From the NCBI GenBank assembly GCA_000004985.1, contig GG738894.1: DNA of 64,000 nt. One strand, written 5' to 3'. The notes beneath the pieces are model-generated. The model searched no databases, was not told where the DNA came from, and worked only from the letters and a program-made list of their open reading frames with translations. Every line of letters begins with the position of its first letter. Position 1 is the first letter of the stretch. Shown piece by piece: positions 44,865 to 56,508 of the stretch. The translations under genes and the position numbers were made by a program. The stretch is from Naegleria gruberi (Eukaryota).

Positions 44865-44937
44865 GGGGATGTAGCTCACATGGTAGAGCGCTTCTTTAGC
44901 ATGGAAGAGGTACGGGGATCGATACCCCGCATCTCCA
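44865..44937 (+). tRNA. tRNA-Ala(AGC): tRNA-Ala (anticodon AGC), 73 nt, no intron.
   Basis: GGGGATGTAGCTCACATGGTAGAGCGCTTCTTTAGCATGGAAGAGGTACGGGGATCGATACCCCGCATCTCCA. Acceptor stem 7 bp with the G3:U70 alanine identity pair. D-arm AGCTCA..GGTAGAGC (A box). Anticodon loop TTAGCAT. T-arm GGGGATCGATACCCC (B box GATCGATACC). Confidence 0.95.
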
Positions 44938-44944
44938 CTCTATC

Positions 44945-44950
44945 TTTTTT
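44945..44950 (+). terminator. Oligo-T (T6) Pol III terminator 7 nt downstream of the tRNA-Ala 3' end.
   Basis: ...ATCTCCA ctcTATC TTTTTT. Confidence 0.7.
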
Positions 44951-45411
44951 ACGGCATTCAAAATAATTCAATATGGCATATGTGATTTGCTAAACGAAAA
45001 GTTAAAAACATGCACACCAGCTTACGATTTCATTGGTGTTGTGTTTGGTTCAACGACAATAAATGTTGCTTTTAATAATTAACCACAAGTGTCATTTTTA
45101 AAATGATCAAAATTCAAAAGTGATAAATAGATGGTGATCAAGCTAGATCTATTTCTTCAACAACCTGTTTCGCATTGAACAAAACAAGATTCGTCAAAAG
45201 AACTCTTGAATTCACTGTTCATACAGTCAAAGACTGTAGCGGGATTGTCGCCATATTCCTGGCAGGCTTCCCGTCCAAATTATTAATTGAATCTTATTAG
45301 AACATTCTTCCTCATTTACTTGACAAACAAAAAAAACTTTAGTTTGTTCTTGATATTTATTTAGCTCTTGAGGGATTGAGTGCAATTAACTCAAGGAATT
45401 GGCTTTCTAAA

Positions 45412-48400
45412 CTAGGCCAATTCAACATCAGTGGCACCAGCCATAATTAAATCTTTTGCCAATGAAGCAGATGCTTTCTTCTTCATCATGATTACAATAG
45501 TTGTAATCAATACAGCAACACCACCTCCAATAACTGCAACAGAAACAATTGGAACAACAACTGCTGCAACAATCACTCCTGTATTCTCACTGTGTACTGA
45601 GTCAATAGCAAGGAAAGGAAGCGAAGTCAATCTTGCTGAAATCTGAGGAATGTTTTTTAGTTGAAGAGAAAGAGCTGTTTCAGTTTCAACTCTGAAGGAA
45701 ATGAGCGTCGAGTTGAGGGAAAGAGCTGCCTTAGCTGTTAAGGAACCTGTTTTGGAAAGAGAGGCTGGTAGATTAAATGGAATGGAAGATGTCAGCTGTT
45801 GGTGGACAGTTGAAGAGGAATCAAATTGACCATCTAATAGGAATTCAATAAAAATGTTAATGGATTGGTTGACATAATAATCAAGAAATGAAGAATCTTG
45901 AATGGAAAGAGAAATAATGGTTGAAATATCTCCAACAATATCACTAGTATTGTTGAATGATAACTTCATTGCTTGGGAAAGGAATTTAAATTGACACTTA
46001 TTGCCAATGAAATCCTTCTTACAATGACAGGTGTCATAATTAACACAATCACCTTGAGAGGAGCAAACTTTTGAATCAACAGATGTTTCACCATAACAAT
46101 AGGTAATGTTACATTGTGGTCCGAACCATTTGCTTTCATTCACACATTTACAGTAATCAAATGAACGACAAGTTCCATTTCCAAGATTGCAAACTTGTGA
46201 GCTTTCTTGTTCTATGCCAAAACATGAAGTAAATTGACAATTTGATCCACTGTATCCATATTCACATTCACATTGATCTACATTAAGGCATGTTCCTCTT
46301 CCACTACATACAGAGCTTGAACTTTCCAATATTCCATTGCATTCCACTAGTTCACAATTGTTTCCTCCAAATCCATTCTCACAAATGCAAGTATTCAAGA
46401 ATTTGCAAACACCATGAGAATTACAAACTCTTGTTGAATTGAATTCGACACCATTACATTTAAAGTATTGACATTCTTCACCAAAATAATTGAAATCACA
46501 TTTACAATAATCAGTTGACAAACATTTTCCATTTCCAGAACAAGATCTATTATCCAACTTTTCAATGCCAAAGCAGATTGGATTTTTAAGCTTGCATTCA
46601 TTTGGTGCATCGCAATACTGTTCAGTATCATTGCAGACACTGCTGTCATTTGCCAATTTACCAAAACAAATTGGAAATTGACACGTTGTCGAAGGTCCAT
46701 ATCCATCTGAACAATTACAATTGTTATAGGAAATGCATTTTCCATTTCCAAAGCAAACATTGCTGTCATCAGAAGGTACAGAATTACAAGTAGTTTTTTC
46801 ACAATTAGTTCCATAATAATTCGAATCACATTTACAATAGTTTGGATTCGTACATTGACCATTCGAAGAACAAGCTCTGGAATTGTTGGAAGGAACTCCG
46901 TGACAGATAGGTATCTCACAATTCAATCCAGTCCATCCACTGTTGCAGCTGCAAGTATCTGGAGCTAGGCAAGTACCGTTTCCTTGATTACAGATTTGAT
47001 TAGTTTGATTCGAATAGATACCAAAACAGTTAATCAATTCACATTCAGATCCATCATACCCACTCATGCATTGACACTGATTCGGTGCTGTACAATTTCC
47101 ATGAGAATTACAAACCAATGGATCTGTACCAAGTTTCGTATTACAAAAAGGAATTTCACATTGAGATCCTCCATATTTGGAATTACATTGACACTGATCA
47201 ACTGAAATGCAATTTCCTTGTCCTGAACATACACTCAATGATTGATTTGCTAAAATTCCAAAACAAATTGGAATTTCACAAAAACTGCCAGAGTACATTG
47301 AGGAATTAAAACATTGACAAGTGTCATATTCAAGACAATTGCCATTTCCAGAACAAACAGATGGATCATTAGAGAGTGTACCATTACATTTTGATATATT
47401 GCAAAATGTTCCTTCGTAATTTTCATTGCATTCACAAATATTGTAATCAACGCATGTTCCATGATTCGAACAAGTATTTGAATTATTCGAAAACTTTCCA
47501 TCACAAGTAGTGACATTACACTCAATTCCATAATAATTGGAATTACATGAACAATTATTCACATCTATACATTCACCATTCATACTACAATATAAAGTTG
47601 AATTCTTTCCAAAACATTTTGGCAGTTCACATGCCATACCATAATAATTATTGTTACATTGACAGGTGTCCACATCAATACATAATCCATGTGATGGGCC
47701 TCCACATGCTTCATTCCCAGACTTTGTGAAACACAATGGATTGCATAATCTTCCATCAGAGCTCAATACTAAACCATCCTCACAGTATGGATATAATTTC
47801 CTAACAGTTCCAGAAGCAATCATTTCAGTAATGTAAACTTCATTCTTTCCACTCACAAAAATTCCATTTGTATTGCTTATTAAACAAGTAAGCGCATCTG
47901 AATCGTCTGGACAACTGGAGCCAATTAGTCCAACACCAGCAATTTGCCTTAACGTTCCATTATAAACCTTAACTCTACCTGATGATTCAGCAATATAGAA
48001 TTCATTCTTACTTGTTCTAAATATACCCTTTGGAGAGGAAAGATTCTTGAGAAAGTAAGTTCCAGAACTAGCAGAGCCATAAGCTCCTGGTTTACCAATG
48101 CAATCAAACGAACTGAAATAAATATCTGATGGGAAAGAAAGTGCCACTCCAACGGGTTTATCGAAAACATCTAATACATAATAATTTTGTGAGGCCAAGT
48201 TGAAAATTCCAATATCACCATTTCCAAATATTCCATAAATGGCAAAAACTAATTGATTTAATCTCTTGTCTAAAATTAAAAATCTTACATTACCAACACC
48301 AGTTTTTAGTGTTGTAATGGTATTGGAAATTTCATCAACAACCCGTATATTGCCATTATCTTCGCCAATGTAAATTTTTCGGCTAGTTTCGTCCACCCAA

Positions 48401-48803
48401 ATATAAGGTCTTGCTATTTAAAGTTATAACAGAGGAATTATATTTTGATAACCTACTTAATTGTGCTTGTGTAGGAACCATCACTGCACTACTAGTATCA
48501 GAGCCTCCACCAGCCACAATTACTTTCGTTCCATTAGTATAAATTCTAATAGAGAATCATGATCATATTGAACATAAACAGGACGAAACAACAACACACT
48601 TACTTGCTCACGACACTCTCTTCAGCTACATAAATATCTCCATTCTCAAACACGCTGACTGAAGTTGGTTTTACCAATGAATCAACCACTGTTCTAATCT
48701 TGAATTTCACATCTGCAGATTTTGTCAAGTGGGGAAACACGAAAAGCAAGCTAAAAATTAACACAATTGAGTTGATGACTACCCATTTGTTGTTGTTGAG
48801 CAT
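45412..48803 (-). CDS. Secreted/type-I membrane protein with N-terminal NHL-type beta-propeller repeats, about 19 EGF-like Cys-rich repeats, one TM helix and a short cytoplasmic tail. Three exons: 48603-48803, 48457-48545 and 45412-48413.
   Basis: Exon 1 encodes the signal peptide (MLNNNKWVVINSIVLIFSLLFVFPHLTKSA). Minus-strand introns: GTAAGT (plus 48597-48602) to TTAG (plus 48546-48547), 57 nt; and GTAGGT (plus 48451-48456) to AAATAG (plus 48414-48415), 43 nt. Splice phases are consistent, giving ...ESVVSK|IYTNGTKVIVAGGGSDTSSAVMVPTQAQL|T|RPYIWVDETSRKIYIGEDNGNIRVV.... Repeated (D/E)xYIAE/YITE NHL motifs. EGF repeats of form C.(C/G)..G.C.....C.C...Y.G..C. TM helix VIVAAVVVPIVSVAVIGGGVAVLITTIVIMM then KKK. 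Confidence 0.8.
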
Positions 48804-48963
48804 TTTGTTTTTGCGGTAAGATTAATTTGTTGTGAAAAAAGAAACTGTCAAGTCCATCAAAATATTCATAAAAGATGTGTTTCCTTTTTCAAACAATTAT
48901 GAATAAATTAAGCAAAAAATGGACCAATATACAGGCTAAGATGTAATTTCACTCTTTGTTCCT

Positions 48964-49041
48964 AGTTATTTGTAAAATGAATAAATTTTGCCTTCCAATT
49001 ATTAAAATATTCTTTATATTCATTGTATTAAGGAAATGAAT
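48964..49041 (+). repeat. Conserved 5' flank of 5S copy 3 (homologous to 38070-38148).
   Basis: See the copy 1 flank; about 90% identity over ~75 bp. Confidence 0.8.
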
Positions 49042-49159
49042 GGCTACGGCCATATCACGATGAATGCACCTCATCCCGTCCGATTTGAGAAGTTAAGCAT
49101 CGTCGAGCCACATCAGTACTGAGGTTGGAGACAACTTGGGAACCTGTGGTGCTGTAGTC
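49042..49159 (+). rRNA. 5S_rRNA: 5S ribosomal RNA gene, copy 3 (118 nt), T5 terminator 49160-49164.
   Basis: Sequence identical to copy 1. Confidence 0.9.
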
Positions 49160-49267
49160 TTTTTATCAAATTATACATAATACATTCGAAATCATTTTAT
49201 TGGAAAGGTATTCTGGTATTGCACTTTAAAGTTTACAAAATGTTCGAACAAAAAATCAACAAAAAAA

Positions 49268-51424
49268 ATGGCACAACATCAATACCACTACATTCTCAAT
49301 ACACAAGAAGAATTTAATTATTCAAATTATGTTCCGAATAATGTTCGTCCAGAGACAAAACTTCAGGAAATTAAGAAAATTTTCAAGGAATGTTTCGGAA
49401 ATGTAGAGTTAATTGTTGAATGTTTGAAGGGATTTGATGAGAAAACTTATGCCAACTTGTGTTATACCGAGTGGAAAGAGTCGAATTTCTTATCGAGAAT
49501 ATCTAAATGGTTATTCCTGGGATTCGGAAAAGAAGAAGAACAATCAGAATTGTTAAATAATAGTAGTAGTAGTGGTCGTAGTAGTGCAGTAAAATATGAT
49601 ACAAGAATTGTTGGGGAGTATTTTAAAATTTTGGATATGGCAATTATGCGTGATCTTACCTATAGTAATGTGATCAATTCTTATTCCTTATTCCCTTCAA
49701 AGAATGAACGAGTGTGGAATGAAATTGTTAATTATTGTCTTTATTTGATAGATTTGGCTGATTCTGCAGATAGAGGTTTGACAATTTCGTATGCTCTGAG
49801 GAGATTTATTCAGAGAGACAATAGAATTAAAGATCTTGTTGCAGAAAAGAGAGAAAACTTGATTCAAATGATGATTAGATTGACTAGATTTCCAACCAAT
49901 CAAACATTATTGACGAGTAATCATTCTCTGATGGTTTATTGGACTCTCAAGTTGCTCGAATTGAGTGGTGTAGAGAAATGGAATGGAATAATTGAATACG
50001 AAACAACTTTGGAGAAAATTCAGGGATTTTACTTGAAAGCATTAGTTAGCACTCTTCCTGAAAACTTGCTTGATAGGCATTGCGCTAAATATCATATTGA
50101 ACCTTATGAAATTGTAACAGAGGTGTTTAATCTTTCCAATTCTTGCTATTTGAAGAACGGTGACTCTGTTTCTTGTCTATTTGATGATCAATTGATTTGT
50201 ATGAGAGAATTTACAATAGTTTCTATGGCAAATACTATCATGAATAGATCAGGGATTGAAATCGATGAGTTAATGCTTAATTCCTTAGCTAGAGCTCTCA
50301 AGTTGCAAAATGACAATAATGCGTGTAAGCTTTTCAGCGCGACGATTTCTTCCTTCTTTGAGCAAAATCCCAAACAACCGATTTCTGAGCTCAATTACTC
50401 CATAATTAATCTATACTGTTCCATAAGAATGCAATCTACCTTCAAATTATATTGTGAAATATTCAATAGTAATGAACAAAGAGTATTCATTTCCAATACT
50501 ATTATGGATCCTTTTCTCGACCATTTTATGGAAATAAGGAAAGGAAAAGACTATACTGATTTGAAGAATATTATAGACTGTTTTGATGCATTTGGGGAGA
50601 GTAGTTCGTTTCTTGATGAGAGAATGGTGACCCTGTTTGTGGATTTTGGTCAAACATATAGTGTATTGGGGGCTTTTGCATCTATTATTCAAAATAGAGG
50701 AGCTGAGCTGATGAACATCATGGATGGAGCAATGTGCAATCGTTTAGAAAAACGGTTAGAAATACGTATTTCAAGGTATTGTGACGGTGGTTGGTTTGCT
50801 GTTTTATGCTCAGCACTGGAAAGTGGATTATTTTGGAATATTATTGAAAAATCGAGGCAATTAACTGAGCCAAACTTTACAATAACTGAGAAATTCAAAC
50901 AAGGCTACACTTTAGAACTTGTGAAAAAAGTGAGACAAGAACATGAAGGTGGCACTGCTGATCCTCCTTTCTACATTCTCTACTGTTTGTGGTTCCTCTT
51001 AATGGAGAACATTGAAAAATCTAACAAGGTTAGTAGAGGAAAGAAAAATGAAATGTACAGAGCTCTCGTTAAACTATCTTTGATTCCAAGAGATTATGAC
51101 TGTGGCAGTCCTTTTGATTCTGTGTTTGCCTTCTTCCTACTTGCAGAACTTGAGGAAAATGTGGAAGAAAACATGAGTATTATTTTGGAAAATATGGATG
51201 CAATCATTAATAGTATGTATGAACAATCAAACAGAAGCACAAGCTTTTTAAGCTTTGCAATAAGTAGATTATTGGAAAACATTGAAAGATTCCTCTATCA
51301 CTACAGTGGAAGAGATGAATTGCAAAATGCAATTCGATTCGAATTAAAACAGGCCTTAATTCACTTGCCAACAGATGAGCATCCAAAACTTTTAGAAGCC
51401 ATTCACAAGCTTATCGATAATTAA
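49268..51424 (+). CDS. Hypothetical alpha-helical protein, 718 aa, single ORF.
   Basis: Long ORF with start context caaaaaaaATGG. Codon usage and composition match the neighbouring genes. No recognisable motifs. Confidence 0.55.
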   Translation: MAQHQYHYILNTQEEFNYSNYVPNNVRPETKLQEIKKIFKECFGNVELIVECLKGFDEKTYANLCYTEWKESNFLSRISKWLFLGFGKEEEQSELLNNSSSSGRSSAVKYDTRIVGEYFKILDMAIMRDLTYSNVINSYSLFPSKNERVWNEIVNYCLYLIDLADSADRGLTISYALRRFIQRDNRIKDLVAEKRENLIQMMIRLTRFPTNQTLLTSNHSLMVYWTLKLLELSGVEKWNGIIEYETTLEKIQGFYLKALVSTLPENLLDRHCAKYHIEPYEIVTEVFNLSNSCYLKNGDSVSCLFDDQLICMREFTIVSMANTIMNRSGIEIDELMLNSLARALKLQNDNNACKLFSATISSFFEQNPKQPISELNYSIINLYCSIRMQSTFKLYCEIFNSNEQRVFISNTIMDPFLDHFMEIRKGKDYTDLKNIIDCFDAFGESSSFLDERMVTLFVDFGQTYSVLGAFASIIQNRGAELMNIMDGAMCNRLEKRLEIRISRYCDGGWFAVLCSALESGLFWNIIEKSRQLTEPNFTITEKFKQGYTLELVKKVRQEHEGGTADPPFYILYCLWFLLMENIEKSNKVSRGKKNEMYRALVKLSLIPRDYDCGSPFDSVFAFFLLAELEENVEENMSIILENMDAIINSMYEQSNRSTSFLSFAISRLLENIERFLYHYSGRDELQNAIRFELKQALIHLPTDEHPKLLEAIHKLIDN

Positions 51425-51526
51425 ATAATGTAAGTAAAATATTTTGATTTGTCAAAAGGATGGTCAAGGTTGATTTACTTTTAATTTATTATACAATATG
51501 TACAATTTCTAATATATGAATGATAT

Positions 51527-53772
51527 TTAAACCATACTTTGTTTGGCAGCAAGTGATCTATAAATGCCATTTGGATTTCTAATCAATTCTTCATGAGAAC
51601 CACGTTCTCTAATGACACCATGATCCATGACACAAATTTCATCTGAATTCTTAATGGTTGCCAATCTGTGAGCTACACAAATGGTTGTTCTTCCCTTCAT
51701 TAAACGATCGAGGGCTTCTTGAACTAGGCCTTCAGATTCAGCATCGAGAGCAGAAGTAGCTTCGTCCAAAAGGAGAATTTGTGGATTTTGTAAAATAGCT
51801 CTGGCAATAGCAATTCTTTGCTTTTGACCACCAGATAAGGAAACACCCTTTTCTCCCAATCTTGTATTGTATCCATTAGGAAGTTCCATAATAAAGTTGT
51901 GTGCATTGGCAGCTTTGGCAGCTTCTTCAATTTGACTTTGCTTGGCATCTTTCTTACTTCCAGTCAATCCACCAATTGAGTAGGCAATATTTTCCTTAAT
52001 AGTTCCTTGGAATAGAGTTGGTTCCTGAGTGACGATACCAATAACTTGATGGAGCCATTCAGTGTCCAATTCTTTAATATCCACACCATCCAAGAGAACT
52101 CTACCTTTTTGAGGAGCATAGAATCTTTCCATAAGACCAATAATTGTTGATTTACCAGATCCTGAACCACCAACCAAAGCAACGGAGCTACCTGCCTTAA
52201 TCTTCAAATTAAAGTCTTTCAAAATGGTCAAGTGTGGACGAGATGGATAAGCAAATTCAATTCCTTCAACTGTAATTTCACCTCTGAGATCGTCAACCTT
52301 TTTACCATTGAGTGGTTCAGTAATTTCTGGTTCTCTCAAAATGACCTTCAAGAGAGCTTGTTGACTGGCGTTTGCCTTGGCAAAGTATGGAAGATTGTCA
52401 GCAGCTTGATTCAAACCTAAAATACTAAGCAACTGTTTTTACAATAATTGTAAATGAAACAAATTGTTAATTAACTTACCATAATACCAAAGACTTTGAC
52501 CATTTCACCAAGAGTTGCATCACCATCAATGACAATAGAACCTCTACAATATGTGAAAATATATTGCGCCATTCGAATAATTAATTACTGAACTAGTGAA
52601 ACGCAAACTAACTTACCCATACCAAAAAGTCAAAGCAAAGAAACCATTGATAACCATATAAGAATTACCCATAGCAATACCTTGAGAAACTCCCTTTCCA
52701 ATAATTGAGAATGGAGCTCCAGCAAGTGCCTTACCAAAACGTGCCTTCTCACGTCTATCTCCGGCCATTGAACGAATTGTCTTGATTGAGCTAGAAACTT
52801 CACCAGCAACACCAGCAGCTCTCATCACTGCATTATTAATTCTATTTGTGAAAACTTCAATACACTTGGTACAAATGACAATGACAATCACAACGAGTGG
52901 ACTGCAACTAATCAAAATCAATGTCATTTTCCAATTGGTTGTCAGAGCCATGATAACTCCTGCAATGGCAGTTGCAACGTGAGTGCAAACTAAACTGAGT
53001 TTCATAGTGTAGGCATCTTGAATCTTGGCTACATCTTCAAAGATTGGAGCAGTTAATGCACCAGATGACTTGATGTCGAAAAATCCCATTTCTTGTGAGA
53101 TTAGTGCATTGAAATAGGTTCTTCTTAAACGAATGGCTAAACGGTCACCTGCAATATTCATGAACATTTGTGAGAGAAAGCTGGATAAACCACCACCGAC
53201 ACCAATACAGGCAAAACCAATTGTGTAATTGACAATATTGTCTCTCCTAATTGAATTCGAATAGAAAAAAAACAGTTTCGTATACGAAAAGAAACTAAAA
53301 CTTACAATTCCTGAGCAGAAATATCCAACTTGGCATAATCAATAGCATCATCAACAAAGGTACCAAAAATCAAATAAAACACCAAAGGCATGACACCATA
53401 AACAGCTGAAGAAAGCATTCCACACAAAATTAAAATCCATTCCCAACTGAAAGTTTTCAAAATCTTAAAGTTGTGTTTTCCCTTCAATTGTGGTTCTCTT
53501 GCATCCTTGTAAGTTTGTTTCTCTTGTTCTGAAAGGGATTTTCTACGATTTTTTAACATGTCAGCAATTGACTGATCGTAATCTCTATTTAAAGAAGATG
53601 CATATGGAAGAGCAGTTGGTGGAGGGAGAACCTTGTTAGGAAGATGTTCAGTTGATTGTGGTTGTTGAGCTGCATCAAATTCCTTTTGTTTGAGCATTCT
53701 GGCGAAGAGTTCTTGATCTTCGTTGGTTGTGGCAATTGGCACAAATTGCTTGGTTGGGTTTTGCGGATTCAT
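51527..53772 (-). CDS. ABC transporter, B-family half-transporter (TMD-NBD). Four exons: 53306-53772, 52617-53246, 52480-52543 and 51527-52432.
   Basis: Minus-strand introns with GTAAGT donors: plus 53247-53305 (59 nt), 52544-52616 (73 nt) and 52433-52479 (47 nt). In-frame joins ...DISAQE|L|RDNIVNYTIGFACIGVGGGLSSFLSQMFMNIAGDRLAIRLRRTYFNALISQEMGFFD..., ...ALTFWYG|GSIVIDGDATLGEMVKVFGIM|LLSILGLNQAADNLPYFAKANASQQAL.... NBD has Walker A GGSGSGKST, ABC signature LSGGQKQRIAIARA, Walker B ILLLDEATSALD and the H-loop. Confidence 0.9.
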
Positions 53773-54928
53773 CTTTCCGTTATTTGTTAAATGTTATGTT
53801 GCTATTATCTATTGCTATTTGAGAAGTGCAGTGTTGAATTGTTACTATTGGTGTGGAGGATGAATATTGTGGAACGACAAGTTAGGGATTTTGTTTTAGT
53901 TTGAATTAGTTTGACTTTCGTCTCTGTGAGTGTGATAGAGAACATTCATCCATGTATCTTCTAGTAGGTGGGTTGGAATGTTTCCTCATGTGAAACCACA
54001 AAACATGAACCAACTGGAAACTTTTTCTTGGTGATGTTTGATGGCGATTACTTTCAAGAACGCCAAATTGCTTCCATCTGGATATTAAAATCGTTGCTGT
54101 CAGATCTTGTACTGATCCTGTCCATGTCAACTACCTGTAATGCATGCCAGTAATAGAATGTTAAATGATTTATCATGATAAACCCTAAAAAATTGATTGT
54201 ATTGAAATTTTGAAAAGAATGTGTGGAAGAAAGTTTGCTAATGGAAAGCAATTACAATAATTGTGATTTTTCAATGGTAATGTTGGAATGGATGGTGAAC
54301 GTGGAAAAGAATTTGGGATGTAAATCATGGATAGAGTGTGTGAGGATGGATGCTTGGTTGTATATCCATAGTCTGTCTCAAGATTCTAACACAGTCCCAA
54401 CTGTCCAGATTAGCATAATAGGGATCTTCGGATGTGACATTGATAAGGTTGACATCTTCTCATGTGTGATAATCGAGGAAATTTCCTCTAAAGCACTTGT
54501 ACACTTTTGACCTTAATATATTATCAAATAATCAAAATGATGATGAAGATTCATTTGATACTGATGAAATTACTTACATGATCCGAAGGAATTAGAACCA
54601 ACTCCCCAATCTTTTCAAGTAACTATTTGATATCATGTTCTTCCTGATCAATACGGTCGGACGACACTTTTCCAATTCGCTTTCAATCATTTACTCAAAG
54701 GTCTTTGAAGAGATAACAAGAGCTTGACCATAGTGAGGCAGACATTGTTCGATTTTTTTTTGAGAACTTTTGATCATTTCACAAATAGAGAAAGAGATTG
54801 AGGAAATTGAATTTATTGTTGGAATGAACATTTCTTAACTATTAATTGTTTTTGGAGACATTGATGGATTGTGATTGTGGAAAATGAGGATTTTCCACTC
54901 AATTGATATCTTTTCCTATCTAATTCAA

Positions 54929-56488
54929 TTAAGGATTTAAGAGTTTCTCTGTTTTTTGGTTTTTTAACAATTGCAGACTTATNNNNNNNNNNNNNNNNNN
55001 NNNNNNNNNNNNNNNNNNNNNNNNNNNNNNNNCCATATATAGATCAAATAAATAAACCACACAAACGATTAGTGACATGGCCATGACAAAGGAAAATACT
55101 GAACCTGCCATAATATCTGTATATTCAATACTTGAAATATTCTGAGATAGACGCAATCCAAGGAAAATTGCATAAAAGGCAATGAAAATAATTGAAAATA
55201 CCAAGTTGAGTATTACAATAAATGCCTTACTTGTGAGAACAAACTTGATCCATTTAAATCTCTTTTCAAGAGTCATATCAACCTTATTTTCATCCAATTT
55301 TGCCATAATTTCGTACACATATCTGAAGGCAACAAATCTCACATTTAGAATCGTATAATTTAAAATTGCTAAACAATAGAACAAGCAAGAAATGAAAGAT
55401 GAAACATATTTGACAACAGTAGAAGCTTCAGAATTACTTTCTAATAAAATTGCATTGGAAATAATGAATAAAAATACCAATTCTATCAAAATAGATATCA
55501 ATGATAAATATGGAATGATTCCTCTACTTTTGGTTGGAGTTTTTCTATGAGTGGAAATGACACCAATTAGGGTACAGATAGTAAATAGGATTAATAAGGA
55601 TCCAATAACAATCGATGCAATGGCAATGTTCTTATCTGTTACCGTGTTGAGTTTGGACTCTACAAACGCAGAGAAAGTTGTTGTGTGATTACAGAGACAG
55701 TTGACTGTCGAAGATGCAGCATCAATTTGTGTGGTACATCCATTAGAGAGCCATTCATTTTTTGTTTCATTGAAATATCTACAAGTAATTTTCAAGGTTG
55801 ATGATGAAATTGTTGAATTATCCACTGTAAATGTCATTTTGATTGGATTAATGAGTTCACTAACTTGTAAAAAGTTTCCATTTGAAATATACTTCAAATC
55901 TATTGGATTTACAATATTGACCAATGTAGAGTTTGATAGATAGGTTGAAGTATTTGTGAAATTATTGGTCAACTTGGTGCTACTTGAGGAATCAAAAATT
56001 TTAGCCAACTTTTCAACATTCAAATAATTGACACTGGAAATTGAAACTCCTTCCAATAGTAACAACTCACTTGGAGTTTCAATTGATGTATTTCCATTAC
56101 TGACCAATAAAATGTTGGCATTTCTGACAACTGACACAACAAATGAGCTAGTACTTGCAGAAAACACATTATCTTTAACAGAACTTGCTTTGGATGAAAC
56201 AATTAACATGTTATCAATAACTTCTGTTGAATTAGCAATGTAATTATTTGAACTGAGAATATTAGAAAAGGTGTTCAAAACTTGACTGACAGTTGTGTCA
56301 ATTGTGGAAGAAGCTTGCAATGAGGAAGATGATAATTTTGTTAAATCTGTTGATATTTCATTCACCATTGAGGAAACAGTTGAAATAATAGATGAAGTGA
56401 CAGCTGACATGGATGAAATAACATTCAATGCCTTAGTTACCTTTGAGGTTTCGTCAAGATTTGTAGTATTTCTTTCACTTGTTGCCAA
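54929..56488 (-). CDS. Adhesion-type (family B-like) GPCR with S/T-rich ectodomain and GPS/GAIN cleavage motif followed by 7TM. Partial, interrupted by N-gaps.
   Basis: GPS motif WLSNGCTTQIDAASSTVNCLCNHTTTFSAFVE sits immediately before TM1 (IAIASIVIGSLLILFTICTLIGVI). Six further hydrophobic helices. The ORF is broken by the 49-nt N run at 54984-55032, and its 5' end runs into the gap starting 56509, so the N-terminus is not determined. Confidence 0.6.
   Translation of the reverse strand: MATSERNTTNLDETSKVTKALNVISSMSAVTSSIISTVSSMVNEISTDLTKLSSSSLQASSTIDTTVSQVLNTFSNILSSNNYIANSTEVIDNMLIVSSKASSVKDNVFSASTSSFVVSVVRNANILLVSNGNTSIETPSELLLLEGVSISSVNYLNVEKLAKIFDSSSSTKLTNNFTNTSTYLSNSTLVNIVNPIDLKYISNGNFLQVSELINPIKMTFTVDNSTISSSTLKITCRYFNETKNEWLSNGCTTQIDAASSTVNCLCNHTTTFSAFVESKLNTVTDKNIAIASIVIGSLLILFTICTLIGVISTHRKTPTKSRGIIPYLSLISILIELVFLFIISNAILLESNSEASTVVKYVSSFISCLFYCLAILNYTILNVRFVAFRYVYEIMAKLDENKVDMTLEKRFKWIKFVLTSKAFIVILNLVFSIIFIAFYAIFLGLRLSQNISSIEYTDIMAGSVFSFVMAMSLIVCVVYLFDLYMXXXXXXXXXXXXXXXXXISLQLLKNQKTEKLLNP
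54984..55032. other. Assembly gap (49 N) inside the GPCR coding region.
   Basis: Run of n characters. Confidence 1.
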
Positions 56489-56508
56489 AGCATTGGTAAC
56501 TAAAGTAA

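Noticed and set aside
45040-45060. GGTTCAACGAC downstream of tRNA-Ala as an external B-box
   Set aside because: Only 6 of 11 positions match the B-box consensus GGTTCGANTCC, which is not convincing.
53906-54510. Small ORFs between the ABC transporter and the GPCR
   Set aside because: Short, overlapping on both strands, with no motifs. Probably intergenic or promoter DNA.
1-56508. Prokaryotic or operon interpretation of the window
   Set aside because: Canonical spliceosomal introns with phase-consistent joins, cytosolic eukaryotic ribosomal proteins (eL39, eL30, uS2/RPSA), a Pol III 5S gene with oligo-T terminator, and N/Q-rich proteins all indicate a eukaryotic nuclear genome.
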